A stretch of 27,655 bases of DNA from Chiloscyllium plagiosum (GCF_004010195.1 NC_057720.1:21879696-21907350), one strand, 5' to 3'. Positions 9,966 through 21,855 are shown, counted from the first letter of the stretch. A program made the numbers and translations. The notes: generated from the letters alone by a model not told the origin.

Positions 9966-10320
9966 CATCTGAATCAGAATTAGCTTTATTGTCACATGTA
10001 CTCACATGAGTGCAGTGAAAAGTTTACAAAGTCACCAATTATGATGCCATTATAGGTATCAAGGTATCTAAGTACAGGATCTTAGGAATAAATTAGAAAA
10101 ATAAAGAAATAAAAAGCTCAGCATTACAATCCTTCCAGCAGACTGTGCTGGGCCCATCTCCAGACCATGCCAGACCTCTCCTTCAGTCCACACCAACCTT
10201 CTCCTGCACAAAGGACACAGTTCTGCTCTGGGCACCAGGCTTTGCTTTGGCTGACACAGTTCCAGAGTCCAGTCTCTGGGCCTACCAGGAGTCCTCAATC
10301 TGCCACTGTTGGTGATCAGA
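9966..10320 (-). mobile_element. Non-LTR retroelement 3' tail (Rex1/RTE-like)
   Basis: Minus strand ends GTGACAATAAAGCTAATTCTGATTCAGA, an AATAAA followed by an ATTCTG-type repeat tail. Inner boundary uncertain. Confidence 0.45.
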
Positions 10321-10489
10321 CTTCACTGTCTGACATATTCTTTGTCTCATTTTCCTCAGTTGCTCACTTGAGTGCGCTTCTACATTCTCCAAGCCCTTGA
10401 GGTGTTCATGGAGCATATCAGATACCTTGGCACGTCCAGTCCTAATTCTTCCATGTGCATCATCCAAGTCTGACTTATAGGAACTGGCA

Positions 10490-10619
10490 GGGAGAAGGTG
10501 AAGACTGCAGATGCTGGAGATCAGAGTAGGGAGTGTGGCGCTGGAAAAACACAGCAGGTCAGGCAGCATCCGAGGAGCAGGAGAGTCGATGTTTCAGGCA
10601 TAAGCACTTCATCAGGAAT
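10490..10619 (-). mobile_element. Penelope-like family B fragment with degenerate hammerhead (10584-10619)
   Basis: Minus strand ATTC-CTGATGA-A-GTGC-ttat-GCCT-GAAA-CATC-GACT, then the family B tail; stem II and the palindrome are mutated. Imperfect flanking repeat AGGAACTGGCA (10479-10489) / AGGAATAATGGCA (10614-10626). Confidence 0.85.
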
Positions 10620-11712
10620 AATGGCAAATGAGAGGTGAAGCAGAAATTAGGGTGGTGTGATGGGGTCATTTTAAACTTGTATTTGTATGATGTTTCTGTG
10701 GCTGATACACAGTACTGTGCCTTCACCCCCAAACCCTAATTGAGTGAAGTGTTGATACATATGGATTCTTGCTAGGCTAGTTCTCCAAGATCCATTGGGT
10801 ACGGGCATCCTCCCCTTTTGCTTACACCCTACAAGGGAGATCCCATGTGGGTATTATTCAATATAAGGTCATCCAGCGTCACCTTAGACTTGGTTAGTTG
10901 TGCCAGCTCTGTACCTTCTCCCTTTGGATATGGTTGAGTTTGTGGTTTCACTGGCCTACCTTCCATAGATCATTTGCATGATACAAATGTCCTTGTCAAA
11001 ATGTTCTGGTATCATCTCATTCTCCATCAGCCAGATGATTAGTTGTTTTAACATGGAGTTCCAGCATTACCATTCCATGCAGCTGTATTCCACTTCCTGT
11101 CCACCCTAACCCAGCCTGATCACCCTGTGCTTCCTCAGATCAGGGCTCTTGCAGAATTTCCCTGAACCATTCCACATTCTGGTTTATCCCTTTGGCCAAT
11201 TACTCAAGTGTCTGCTGCTGGGCCTTCATTTCTCCCCTTTGGAGCCTATTATTCTTTCAGGAAGCCTGATGTCTCAATCCCAACTGAATTGGCAAAGTTC
11301 ACATCAAATCAGACATTTCCTTATCACTAACAGCTTTTTTATTGTTTTGGATTGATTCTGCTGAGTAGTTTATATTCCTTACGAACTTTGTTTTAGAAGA
11401 TCAGAAAGGATGTTAATTTCTACCAATTGTTATAAAGTCTATAAGATTATCTCTAACATAAAGATTCCATCTCTTTGATAAAGCTGACGAGCTTGGGAGC
11501 ATTGTTTCTCTCATTTGACCTTGAAAAATTAAATAAACACAGTCTCTCAGTCTTGCGGGTGCAATTACAACTTCTTCTATTTGCATGCTCTAAGTTGGTT
11601 TAAAACAGAAAGTGTTGTTCCCTGATGGTCCTTATTCTGTTTAAATTACTGGTCGGGTGAATTTGATTCTAAGCTTTCTCACGTAATCTGTTCAATTCAA
11701 TTTGGAGCAATT

Positions 11713-12014
11713 AGATTAAATTCCCTGCAGGGCCTTCGGCCCAACCAGTCCACACCAACCCACCGAAGAGTAACCCACCCAGACCCATTTCCCTCTGACT
11801 AATGCACCTAGCACTATGGGCAATTTAGCATGGCCACTTCACCACCTGTCCTGCACATCTTTGGACCTGTGGGAGGAAACCAGAGCACCCAGAGGAAACC
11901 CACGCAGACACGGGAAGAATGTGCAAACTCCACACAGACAGTCACCCGAGGCTGGAATTGAACCTGGGATCTTGGTGCTGTGAGGCAGCAGTGCAACTGA
12001 GCCACCATGCTGCC
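11713..12014 (-). mobile_element. HE1-type SINE with short TSD
   Basis: Near full-length match to 18387-18706; B box GGTTCAATTCC; CAATT at 11708-11712 and 12015-12019. Confidence 0.92.
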
Positions 12015-12788
12015 CAATTGATGCAGAAGTTTTTAGTCTGATTTACTGACTCCAGTTCAAATACTTTTCTCTTTACTCAATTTAGTAATGCGCATTCAAA
12101 TTCTATTGAGAAAGATGAAATTCAATAATTAGTTTTGCAGATTGAGTGAGTCATTAAAAGGAAATTCCTTGGAATCTTCAGGTTTTACATGGCATGATTT
12201 TACTTTCACACTCTTAAAATTTTTCCTTGTCATTCTTCCCCTGATCTTTGAGTGCAATGATCTGCTCAAATTGTCTATATTTGTATTTTCTTACAGTTCA
12301 TCTGTATCCATAATTTGTTTTGAAATGCACATTCACAGCCAAATAAATGATTTATTACCTTAATCAACTACAAAAGCTGATCTCTCTATCTCTCCTACAA
12401 CTTGAGAATACTTTCTTTCACTCTCATATTTTAACTTTATGCTTACCTTTATTTGTAGTAAGATTGAGATGTACAAATAGTCCTACATCCAATGGTTTAC
12501 ATTCTAGAACCAGTGAGTATAGAACACATCTTAGCTGTGACAAATACCTGCTTTCTGCAGAGTTTCTCTTCTAATTATCTGTCAACTTACTGTATTTTCA
12601 GGTGATATGAAGCAACATAGTTTCCTCTCGTCCTCTCATTTCTGTGATCTTGAGATCTGCCTTTACCGATTCCAGCACTGGTTTTATTTATTCTATATCA
12701 GGTCGGCAAATCAGAACCCAGATTTTACCCTTCATGTCTTTTTCTTCTAGTTATCTCAGTATTCTCTTTGTCTGGCAGGTGTATTCAT

Positions 12789-13128
12789 AGATTGGGATCC
12801 CTACAGTGTGGAAGAAGGCCAATCGACCCATTGAGTTTAAACAAACCCTCTGAAGAGCATCCCACCCAAAACCCTCATCCCCGTAACCTTGCATGTCCCA
12901 TGTTAATCCAACTAGCTTGCACAGCCCTGAACACTATAGACAGGTTAGCATGGCCAATTTACCTAACCTACACATCTTTGGACTGTGGGAGGAAAGCCGA
13001 GCTCTTGCAGAAAATCCACACAGCCATGGGGAGAATGTGCAAACTCCACATAGACAGTCACCCAAGGGTGGACTCAAGTCCAGGCCCTTGGCACTGTGAG
13101 GCAGCAGTGCTAACCACTGAGCCACCAT
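12789..13128 (-). mobile_element. HE1-type SINE, older subfamily
   Basis: A box TGGCTCAGTGG; body GTGGAGTTTGCACATTCTCCCC...CTCCCACAGTCCAAAGATGTG; tail TTCCACACTGTAGGGAT. Confidence 0.9.
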
Positions 13129-13196
13129 TCATGAAGTTCTAATTAGTTTTTATCATTGGGTCAATTAGTAATGCTTTCTTCTATGGTCATCTTTTC

Positions 13197-13501
13197 TTTT
13201 TTTTGTTCATTTTTTTTTTCTTTTTTCCCATGTTGTTTGTGTGCAGGTGTGAGACACAGTGAAAGACAACAGGTGTACCAATCTTTATTCAATTTCCACC
13301 ATCAGGAAGAAAGGAAACACCAGGGTGGCCAGTGACAAGCAGTGCCCTTCTCAGAGAGCAATGTTGCTTGATCAAACAGTGAAGGGGAGGGCAGGGATTA
13401 AATCAAAATAGAGTTGAAGGGGAAAATAATACACTCCACTGCCTGCGGTGCCCACCTTTCCCTGAAAATCTCAAGGGTGTTGGTGGACACTGTGTGCTCC
13501 T
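13197..13501 (-). mobile_element. Tx1/L1-clade LINE 3' end with poly(A) and 15-bp TSD
   Basis: Minus-strand translation EHTVSTNTLEIFRERWAPQAVECIIFPFNSILI* (Tx1-like ORF2 end); AATAAA; A-rich tail (T-tract 13197-13227); TATGGTCATCTTTTC 13182-13196 / TATGGCCATCTTTTC 13502-13516. Confidence 0.85.
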
Positions 13502-13890
13502 TATGGCCATCTTTTCATTGGGTGTTTTCTTTGTAGTGTTAATGGGTAGGCAGTTGTGTTTTTATCCTTAAGTATTGCCTGCCTATTTAGGCTAAATCCT
13601 ACTCAGGGGCAGAAGCACTCTGAGATCCATGACTTATGACTTGAGGTTGTCGTTCCTAATTAACTGTAATCTTCCATAAGATCTCCTGCTTCAATGTGTC
13701 ATACAACACATACCAATACACTACCTATCATCCTTCGATACCAAACGGACCTATTCTATAAAGTTTAGAACCAGGGTGGACATTGAACAATCAAAGTTAT
13801 AGGTTACTGTGAATGCAAGGTACTCCTGTAATCTGGTCCCTTTAGCTGTTGGTGGTTCACGCTTCCTGTATCCTGTTTGGAGAACCATAT

Positions 13891-14040
13891 TGTTGGAGTG
13901 GAATGACTAAATGAATCACTCGACACCCAGGTCCACTTTGAGCATCAGAGAATTTTACTGTTTTACACTGGTCAGTGGGGGAGAAAGCCTCTCGCAGTCC
14001 AAACGTTTTTCCACTGAACAAAAGGAAATGTACACCTTTT
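13891..14040. repeat. LTR-like repeat fragment starting TG; homologous to 8618-8725
   Basis: See the alignment given for 8618-8725. Confidence 0.55.
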
Positions 14041-15304
14041 ATATATTTGCTTTTGGTTTGCCTTTTTGCCTGTGTGCCCTTTTCATTGGGGATTTGGGAC
14101 TGAACTTTCAATTGCCCTTGGCAGATTTCAGTATGGGTTGATGTGGGCTATCTTCCATGTGAAAGAGATAACTGGCACCTGATGCCTGTTGATTTTCAAA
14201 GGGAAGGTGGAAGGGACAAAATACCAATCTGTACATCTGTAATTAATTGCTTTTGAAGCTGATAGCTGCTTCTCATTCTCCTGATGAGTTATACAATGAA
14301 GCATTTACAGATAGCAAGCAGGGGTAACATGGAAGGACTGGGATATGTTTGAGCATAGCTGTAGTGCACACAATAGGGAATCATTAATACTTATGACTGT
14401 TGTGTATAACAAGGGAAACTTCAACTCAATTGCTAATGCCGTGGCTTAAGTTTGCCATCCCTGGTGCTGACCGGCTTCCTTTTGTGGGGAAAGTGGGCTT
14501 TTGAGAGGAACATGAGGTTACTGGTTTCCATAGTGTACCTTGAGCCATGCCTACTTGGCCTAGCTCACTGATGTGCTTTGGCCAGATGCAAGGAAGATTA
14601 CAGTTGGCCTGCCTATCATGGCCTCAAACAGGACTTCAATTGAGGCATCAGAAAGAAGTGAGGTTGATGGGAAGACTGCTCAAATCACCATTGGCCCTTT
14701 TCTCTCCCTGCTCATTGATGCTAATAAGCAATTGGAAGCTCAGTTGTGGCTGCTTCCATTAGCCTTTTATATTAACTCTCCATGCACAGCTCTTACATGA
14801 TGCTCCTAATCAGGTTCGGTTTCATGCCAATTAATGGCTTGCACTTTGAAAATCACACTTTGTCATTGCCCATGATTCAATGTCAGTTTGGGGCCTGGAA
14901 ATCTTCTAGGTATCAAGTTCCCAAACCCTGAATAAAACTTCATCCCTTGCTGACTCTAGCATGGTCGGGGGTCTCATATATTTGTGAGCTGGGCAAACAG
15001 CAAAATACGTGTTCAACCAATTGGATTGAAGAATCCTCAATAAGTTATCACAAAGTTCGAATCAGGGAATATAAATTTGAATATTTTAATGTAATTCAAT
15101 ACAAAAAATGCAGAGAAAACAAAAGAGAGGAACAGAGAAGAAGCAATAAAAGAAACAAAATTGTTTATACAGTTCCATTAATTTTCATTGTCTTAAGTAA
15201 ATCTCACAGCAATGATATCTGAAGGAATAAGCCCAGACAATTGTAAAAGTTAATGCTAGAGAGGTTTGGTTTGGCAGTAATTTGGAAACAGCACTCAGAG
15301 ACAC

Positions 15305-15572
15305 AGATTTGATTCCACTCTTGGGCATCTGTCTGTGTGAAGTCTGCATGTTCTCCCTGTGTCTGCATGGGTTTCTTCTGGGTGCTCTGGTTTCCTCCCA
15401 CAGCCCAAAGATGTGCAGTCAGGTGGATTGGCTGTGGTGTCCTTGTGTATCTAGGGATGTGCAGACTTGGTGGATTAGCCTTGAGAAATGCAGGGTTACA
15501 GGTGGAATGCTCTTGATGCAGACTTGATGGACCGAATGGCCTATATCTGCACTGGAGGGATTCAATTATTCC
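15305..15572 (+). mobile_element. HE1-type SINE, 5'-truncated and diverged
   Basis: TGTCTGTGTGAAGTCTGCATGTTCTCCCTGTGTCTGCATGGGTTTC...CTCCCACAGCCCAAAGATGTGCAG...GGACCGAATGGCCT. Confidence 0.85.
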
Positions 15573-15677
15573 TATTAATATAGTTATTATTAACCTTTAT
15601 GATTTTTATAAAAATTATTTACATGTTAATGAAGCAGCCCTAATATTTTCCTGGTGTTTTTAGTCGGTAAATCTCAC

Positions 15678-15895
15678 CACTTCATACATGAAGTCCAATT
15701 TCAAGTCTTTTGGCTGGTATTGGCGCAATGAAGCTTGTGTTGGGACAAGATCAATCAGAGAGCAGTATTTGGATTATTGTCTCTCACTGTACATGTGTGG
15801 ACTCCAGACACTACTGTCTGGATTTGCACTGGCACCCCTACTGTTGTTATTACTGCAAAATAACGGCTAATATATTGGAAAGGCAGAAGGGTTTC
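15678..15895 (-). pseudogene. Candidate 218-nt exon of a decayed minus-strand gene
   Basis: Acceptor CCTTGTTGTTTCTAAAG| and donor |GTGAGA; 2 nt + 72 codons: NPSAFPIY*PLFCSNNNSRGASANPDSSVWSPHMYSERQ*SKYCSLIDLVPTQASLRQYQPKDLKLDFMYEV, ending in phase 0. Confidence 0.35.
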
Positions 15896-16754
15896 CTTTA
15901 GAAACAACAAGGTTAATTGCTGTGAAACAAAGAATATGTGAGTTCAGAGCATGCTTGTACTTCAGGTCAAAATCTGAACTCTATTATGAATGTATAAAAG
16001 CGAAGGCCAACCAAAGTTTACAGACGTTCTGTCTCCTGTGTCAAATAGCTAACATTATTTTCAAGTAGGATCTTGAAAACCAGTCAGAGGTTACAGACAT
16101 TCAGGCACTTTTTTTCTTCCATTCTCGTCTTCAACATTTTCAAATGTGATGCACAAATTTCAGTGAAATAGCTGAAAGATAATAAGATAAAGTGTGACTG
16201 ATTAGAAAGGATAATGTGATGGGCAGCCTGATATGCTATGTTGTAAAGAGCTAATGCTAGAATCGAGACATTTGTATCAAAAAAGATGTTTTTTATTCAT
16301 TTAGTTAAAGTTCAACTATCGATCAAAAAAAATTTCTAGCAATCTGAAATTACTAGTAAACAACATGAAATATCACAAAGTGAACATAAAAAAGAACATT
16401 CTTTATCTAAAATAGTCAAAAATTTGTGCAAGTAGAATATGTATCCAATTATCGAGAGAATGATAAAATGAAATTGACTGTTAAAGTGACATTTTCATTT
16501 AATGAACAGACTTTTTAAAAATCAGTTTGACTTTTTAGTTTGTAAAAAGCTAGGCATATCCTTATAGCACAGCACAACAAGCTATCTTTTACTTTTAACA
16601 GTTTTTCAATGAGATCCATCAGTGTTCAGGTCATTGGCAAAGCAAGATAGGTTTCTGGGAGAATTTATATTTAATCCCAAGTAAGCAAGATTGGATCAGA
16701 ACACATTACAAAGTAAGTTAATTGTGAAAAATGAAAAAGAAGTTATGTTAGCAG

Positions 16755-16977
16755 TTTTTGTGAAGATTTGCAGCTCAGGTTGATGATAAGTATGTAAGTT
16801 ATCTTGCTAAGCTGGAAGGTTTGTTTTCAGACGTTTCGTCACCATGACTAGGTAACATCATCAGTAGAGTCTTTGGTGAAGCGCTGGTGGTTTGTCCCAC
16901 CTCTCTATTTATAGGTCTTGGTTTCTTAAGGTGGGTGATGTCATGTTTGGTTCTTGTTTTCAAAGGAAGGTAGATGG
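16755..16977 (-). mobile_element. Penelope-like element 3' end (family C)
   Basis: Minus-strand translation PIYLPLKTRTKHDITHLKKPRPINRE (Penelope-like C-terminal PIY.PL motif), then a hammerhead. Imperfect TSD GTTATGTTAGCAG 16742-16754 / GTTATGTGCAG 16978-16988. Confidence 0.75.
16826..16868 (-). ncRNA. Minimal type-I hammerhead ribozyme (family C, longer stem II)
   Basis: Minus strand CUGAUGA-U-GUUACC-uagucau-GGUGAC-GAAA-CGUC-UGA: 6-bp stem II with one G.U pair, palindromic ACGU; stem I is weak in this copy. Confidence 0.75.
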
Positions 16978-17213
16978 GTTATGTGCAGAAATTTGTTTGG
17001 ATTTTTGCACACTCTGTTCAAAGGGGGAAACATCAAAAGAGAAACTCAAGGCATGTATTTCAAGATATCGTCACCTTCTTATGTGGGTTATGTGTGACTC
17101 AAAGGTGTATTTTTGAAAATAACTGTTGATTTCAAATTCTATAAAAGAGACTTTACAATGAAGGCTGACGTGTGCTCACTATTTTTGTATCACAAAATAC
17201 CACAAATATGAAG

Positions 17214-17332
17214 GGGACTTTTGCCCGAAACATCGATTTTCCTGCTCCTCGGATGCTGCCTGATCTGCTGTGCTTTTCCAGCACCACACTCTTGACTCCT
17301 ATCTCCAGCATCTGCATTAGGCACTTTCGCCT
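17214..17332 (+). mobile_element. Penelope-like family B fragment (119 bp) truncated within the hammerhead, 12-bp TSD
   Basis: GGGACTTTTGCCCGAAACATCGATT plus the family B tail; ACAAATATGAAG at 17202-17213 and 17333-17344. Confidence 0.88.
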
Positions 17333-17805
17333 ACAAATATGAAGTAAGAACTTCCCGCTGAACCAAAAGTAAAAACTATATATGCTGGAAAGCAGAAATA
17401 AAAACAGAAATTTCTAAAAATACTTGTACTAGTCTGCTTGCCACATCTGGCATTTTGCGGTATTTACTACTTCTGACAGTATATGGTACTGGGTAAGGGT
17501 AGTTGAGATAGTTTGCTCCTCCTTTGTCTATGCTGTGTGTAGGACCTGTCTCATTATGATTGGCAGAGATGTAAACACTTGTGTGTCTAACTATAGGCTG
17601 AAATTGCCTCAGACATGATTTATTGCTTGACATCAGTTAGTATAACATTACTGGGCAGGCATACTGCTTCAGACTCTTGGGAGCTGTCCAGAATACATCT
17701 GCTCCTTATGAAGGTGAGTAGGGCTCCTACCTCCACCCAAAGACTGCGTGACACCATCAGACTGGGCAATGCTTCTTAGTTCAATTAGAACTTGATAATC
17801 CTATG

Positions 17806-17997
17806 CAGTCAGTTTTGTTATAATGGGATTGTTCAATTCTTGTGCAATCCCGTGTTATAAGAATATTGCATAATAGCAGCACCATTTAAACTAATACACA
17901 TTTTAAAAGTTCGCGCTATAGAAGCAGTGTCCCCAATTTGTCAATCGTGTTACCCCAATCTCGCATTAACGAAACGCATGTCTAGCAGAACGACTTG
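17806..17997. mobile_element. pogo/Tigger-like (Tc1/mariner) MITE
   Basis: Imperfect terminal inverted repeats CAGTCAGTTTTGTTATAA ... TCTAGCAGAACGACTTG; TA on the right, TG (mutated TA?) on the left; internal G(C/T)TATA and CGCG-like subrepeats. Confidence 0.6.
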
Positions 17998-18099
17998 TAC
18001 AACAATATACAGCGTATGTAGACACACAAATAGAGTCAATGACTTCTCCCTATTTCAACCTTGTACTGAGGTAACTTCTACATTACACTGTAATTACAG

Positions 18100-18345
18100 G
18101 TGAACCACATTACTGTAAGTCTGGAGTCACAGACCAAGCAAGGATGGCAGTTTCTTTCCCAAAAGGATATTAGTGAGCCAGATTGGTCTTCCATCAATGA
18201 CCATTGTTAGACTCTTAATTCAAGATTTTTATTGGATTCAAATTCCACAATCTGCCTTGGTGGGATTCAACTCTTTGTCCCCAGAACATTTTATGGGTCT
18301 CTGGATTAATAGTCTAGCAATAATAAAGCTAGGCCATCACCTGGT
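18100..18345 (-). mobile_element. Second tRNA-headed SINE family (same as 26815-27105)
   Basis: Reverse complement shares TTATTGCTAGA(C/G)TATTAATCCAGAGACCC, GAATCC..CAGA, GAATTAAGA and TGTGACTCCAGAC with 26815-27105. Confidence 0.8.
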
Positions 18346-18349
18346 TATA

Positions 18350-19740
18350 AAGTCATAGAGATGTATGGCACAGACACAGACCTTTTTAGATTAGATTAGA
18401 TTACTTACAGTGTGGAAACAGGCCCTTCGGCCCAACAAGTCCACACCGACCCGCCGAAGCGCAACCCACCCATACCCCTACATTTACCCCTTTAACCTAA
18501 CACTACGGGCAATTTAGCATGGCCAATTCACCTGACCCGCACATCTTTGTGACTGTGGGAGGAAACCGGAGCACCCGGAGGAAACCCACGCAGACACGGG
18601 GAGAATGTGCAAACTCCACACAGTCAGTCGCCTGAGGCGGGAATTGAACCCAGGTCTCTGGCGCTGTGAGGCAGCAGTGCTAACCACTGTGCCACCGTGC
18701 CGCCCTACCTTTTGGTCCAACTCGTCCATGCTGACCAGATATCCTAAATTAATCTAGTCCTATTTGCCAGCATTTGACCCATATCCCTCTATACCCTTCC
18801 TAATCAGACACCCATCCAGATCTTTTTTAAAAGTTGTAATTGTACCAGCCTCCACCACTTCCACTGGCAGCTCATTCCATATGCACACTACCCTCTACAT
18901 GAAAATGTTGCCCCTTGGATCCCTTTTAAATCTTTCCTCTCTCACCTAAACCTATGCCCTCTAGTTCTGGACTCCTCCACCCCAGGGAAAAGACCTTGTT
19001 TATTTACCCTAACCAAGCCCCTCATGATTTTATAAACCTCTGCAAGGTCAACCCCCAACCTCCGATACCGCAGGTAAAATAACACCAATCTATTCAGCCT
19101 TTCTCTATAGCTCAAATCCTCCAACTGTGGCAACATGCTTATAAATATTTTCTGAATCCTTTCAAGTTTCACAAAATCCTTCCTATAGCAGGGAGACCAG
19201 AATTGTATGCAGTATTCTGATAGTGGCCTAGCTAATGTCCTGTACAGCTGCAACATCACCTCCCAACTCTTATATTCAATGCACTGACCAATAAAGGCAA
19301 GTCTACCAAACAACTTCTTCACTATCCTGTCTACCTGTGACTCCACTTTCAAGGAACTATGAAGCTGCACTCCAAGGTGTCTTCAGCAACGCTCCCTTGG
19401 ACCTTACCATTAAGTGTATAAGTCCTGCCTGGATTTGCTTTTCCAAAATGCAGTACCTCACACTTATCTAAATATCTGCCACTCTTCAGCCCTTGGTCCA
19501 AGTGATCATGATCCCATTGTACTCTGAGGTAACCTTTGCGGTCCACTACATCTCCAATTTTGGTGTCAGCTGCAAAGTTAGTAACCAGACCTCCTATGTC
19601 CACAAGCTAATCATTTATATAAATGATGAAAAGCAGCATACCCAGCACTAATCCATGTGGCACACTGCTGATCACAGGTTTCCAGTCTGAAAAGCATCCC
19701 TCCACTACCACTCTCTGTCTCTACCTTTGAGCCAGTTCTG
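18350..19740 (-). mobile_element. HER1/CR1 LINE 3' part (~1.1 kb excluding the nested SINE), frameshifted
   Basis: ORFs 19349-19603 (FAADTKIG...KCEVLHFGKAN) and 18942-19370 (LYRTLARPLSEYCIQFWSPCYRKD..KLERIQK..LSYRERL); tail TCTCTATGACT at ~18350-18361. Confidence 0.93.
18387..18706 (-). mobile_element. Young full-length HE1-type SINE nested in the CR1 tail, 7-bp TSD
   Basis: A box TGGCACAGTGG (18684-18694), B box GGTTCAATTCC (18640-18650), CpG-rich body, (AATCT)n tail; ACCTTTT at 18380-18386 and 18707-18713. Confidence 0.97.
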
Positions 19741-19747
19741 GTTGACT

Positions 19748-19800
19748 CTTTGGATGCTGCTGACCTGCTGTGCTTTTCCAGCACCACACTCTCGACTCTA
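19748..19800 (+). mobile_element. Very short Penelope-like family B fragment
   Basis: GGATGCTGCTGACCTGCTGTGCTTTTCCAGCACCACACTCTCGACTCT flanked by GTTGACT at 19741-19747 and 19801-19807. Confidence 0.8.
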
Positions 19801-19934
19801 GTTGACTTTTGTTTCGATAATTAATGTGGTGGTCAGTCATTCAAGCATTCACATGAGGCTGCAAATTTGCTATAACAACAAAATAAAAGCTAATTACACA
19901 AAAGAGGGAATCAGTAATGCTACAATCCCCGAAT

Positions 19935-21188
19935 CAGTTATAACTGGACAAGTCTGATCCAGACAGAAATCTGGCTTGATCATGTTTTCATTTGGTTTTA
20001 ATCAGTTGGTCTTCCACTGAAATACAAACATACAATGTTGTGGGTTTGGGTTTAACAATAAAACAAAAGTTTATTATGCAAGAAGAAATTAAGATCAAAT
20101 AGAATGAAGTAAACTATTTACTCATAACATATGAATATGACTTATCAGACTTTGAAACACACAGTAAAAATGCAGTCACTTTAATCCCAATAATATCCTA
20201 TTATAGTACTCACACATCAGGCAAAATGCCTTTTGGTATCCTAGATAGAATTTGAGTTAGCAAACCTTGATAGCAACAGGAACTAAGAGTTTCATGCTAT
20301 TCCGACTGAGCCTGCCAGGCATCATGTAATCCTGTAAGGAGAGAAAATCAAAATTTGCTTCTGACTGAAGTCATGACCCATCCAAAATACCCTAAAAACT
20401 TTGAATCACTTCTTTATTTCAGAACTGAAATAAATGCTTGACTATTCTGAAATGCAAATAATTGTGTTCCATGTTTACTCTACATGCTGTAAACTGACAG
20501 TATAGACACTTTATTCCATTAACACTTTAAGCATTCACAGAAGCCTTTAAATTGGGCAGTATTACTATTAGTTGCACTCCAACCGAAGACACCTGAATAC
20601 CTAGATTCTGGGTATAAGACTCAGTGAGAAGTCTCAAGAACTGTTGGGTATATTTGTGATTTTAGAACTTGGGAATAATTCTATGAGTTAGGAGGCACTA
20701 AATGATGGAGTCAGTATTTCAGAAAGGTCTTGGGAGCTGTGGGGGTCTCAGAAGAAGCTGCATGTCATAATTATCCAGGACAGCTGAGAGTGGAGGTTGA
20801 AAAGTTACTGAACAATATTTATTTGATACAAGTGAGCAGGAAGAAAGCTGAGGTAAAAACACTTGGTTCTAGCTTGGTGAAGTTAGTGGTTGGTAAGAAG
20901 CTAGGTAGAATCTTGAAGCTTTAATCTCTTAGTATGTCCACATGGATCTCATAAAAATGTTACTGGTTCCAAATTATAACATAAATTTGGTGGTTTGTCC
21001 TGGGATTATAATACAGGGACTGCTTTTTCTGTAGTTTAGTGTGTTAGTTGTCTTCCAAATCATCTATACTCAATGTTAAGATTAATTTCTTTATTTCAAA
21101 TAAAATAGGAAACTTGTTATGTGATTCTTTGAATTGGTAATTAATTCAAATTTCTAAACAAAGTTCAGTTTCTATGAGAATCGTAACA
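19935..21188. repeat. Probable degraded LTR-like sequence(s)
   Basis: GTTATAAC start with minus-strand AATAAA at ~20070, and plus-strand AATAAA at ~21098 followed by an ...ATCGTAACA end. No TSD found; boundaries are guesses. Confidence 0.3.
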
Positions 21189-21189
21189 A

Positions 21190-21310
21190 CATCAGTTGCC
21201 ATATTTCTCACAACAGCAACATGACTCCTAACTTATTTGATTGGCTGTAAAACATTGTGCACTCTCTTGAGGTTATTTTTCATACAAAGCAAAGCAAGTC
21301 TTTATTTTTG
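21190..21310 (+). mobile_element. 3' tail of a Deu-domain SINE
   Basis: TTGATTGGCTGTAAAACATT...TGAGGT...GCAAGTCTTTATTTTT resembles the recalled tail; a similar tail lies at 22940-23020. Confidence 0.5.
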
Positions 21311-21855
21311 AAGGCTGGGAAGCAGGAGTGATTAAATGGCAAAAGGGATGATGCAAGTCAAAAGGAGATAGCAATTGGTCAAGTAAAGAAGTAAAGAGGA
21401 TGTGTGAAATGGATTTTTATGTCAACCAACAGTAGTTACATGGTCACAATTAGTTCAGTATTTCTCTACCAAATTCCAACTTCACCATTTTCTATGGGAG
21501 TCTTGAATATATGTCCCTAGAACTTGAGTCTGAGTTCTTGATTAGCAGTTGAGTAAAATTGCCCGAATGCCACATCTTCAAGGCAATTGAACTACTAGAG
21601 GAGACTGAGGACAGGGATTCCATGGTGGAAGGTGGATGAAGAATTAAAATGGTAAATGACAGTGACAAACAAGTGGACTGAGCTGAGATATTAGCAAAGT
21701 TAGCACATAGTTTCTGCTTAATGTCCCTAATCTAAAGAAGATTCATTGTGAGCAGCCAAAACAGTTTAATAAATCAAAAGAAACACAAGGAAAACAATTA
21801 TTTTGCTGGGAGAGGTATTTGTGTCTCTTGACAATGTGGAGGGAGCAGGTGAAAC
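21310..21855 (-). mobile_element. Old Penelope-like GIY-YIG region, interrupted by a SINE relic at ~21415-21575
   Basis: Minus strand of 21640-21855 follows the pattern FT.S...V...K..F......CF.CS.....LG..K..L...FA.....HFN of Penelope-like GIY-YIG domains; heavily mutated. Confidence 0.6.

Noticed and set aside
10620..11330. Possible highly decayed Gypsy pol fragment
   Set aside because: Only a faint resemblance; no recoverable protease or RT motif.
11340..12340. Protein-like minus-strand frame crossing the SINE insertion (NIDNLSRSLHSKIRGRMTRKNFKSVKVKSCHVKPEDSKEFPF)
   Set aside because: Stop density is about what AT-rich random sequence gives; no convincing splice sites or family motif.
18630..18706. 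tRNA gene
   Set aside because: The A and B boxes belong to the HE1 SINE head; no full cloverleaf seen. The same applies to 26815-26885.
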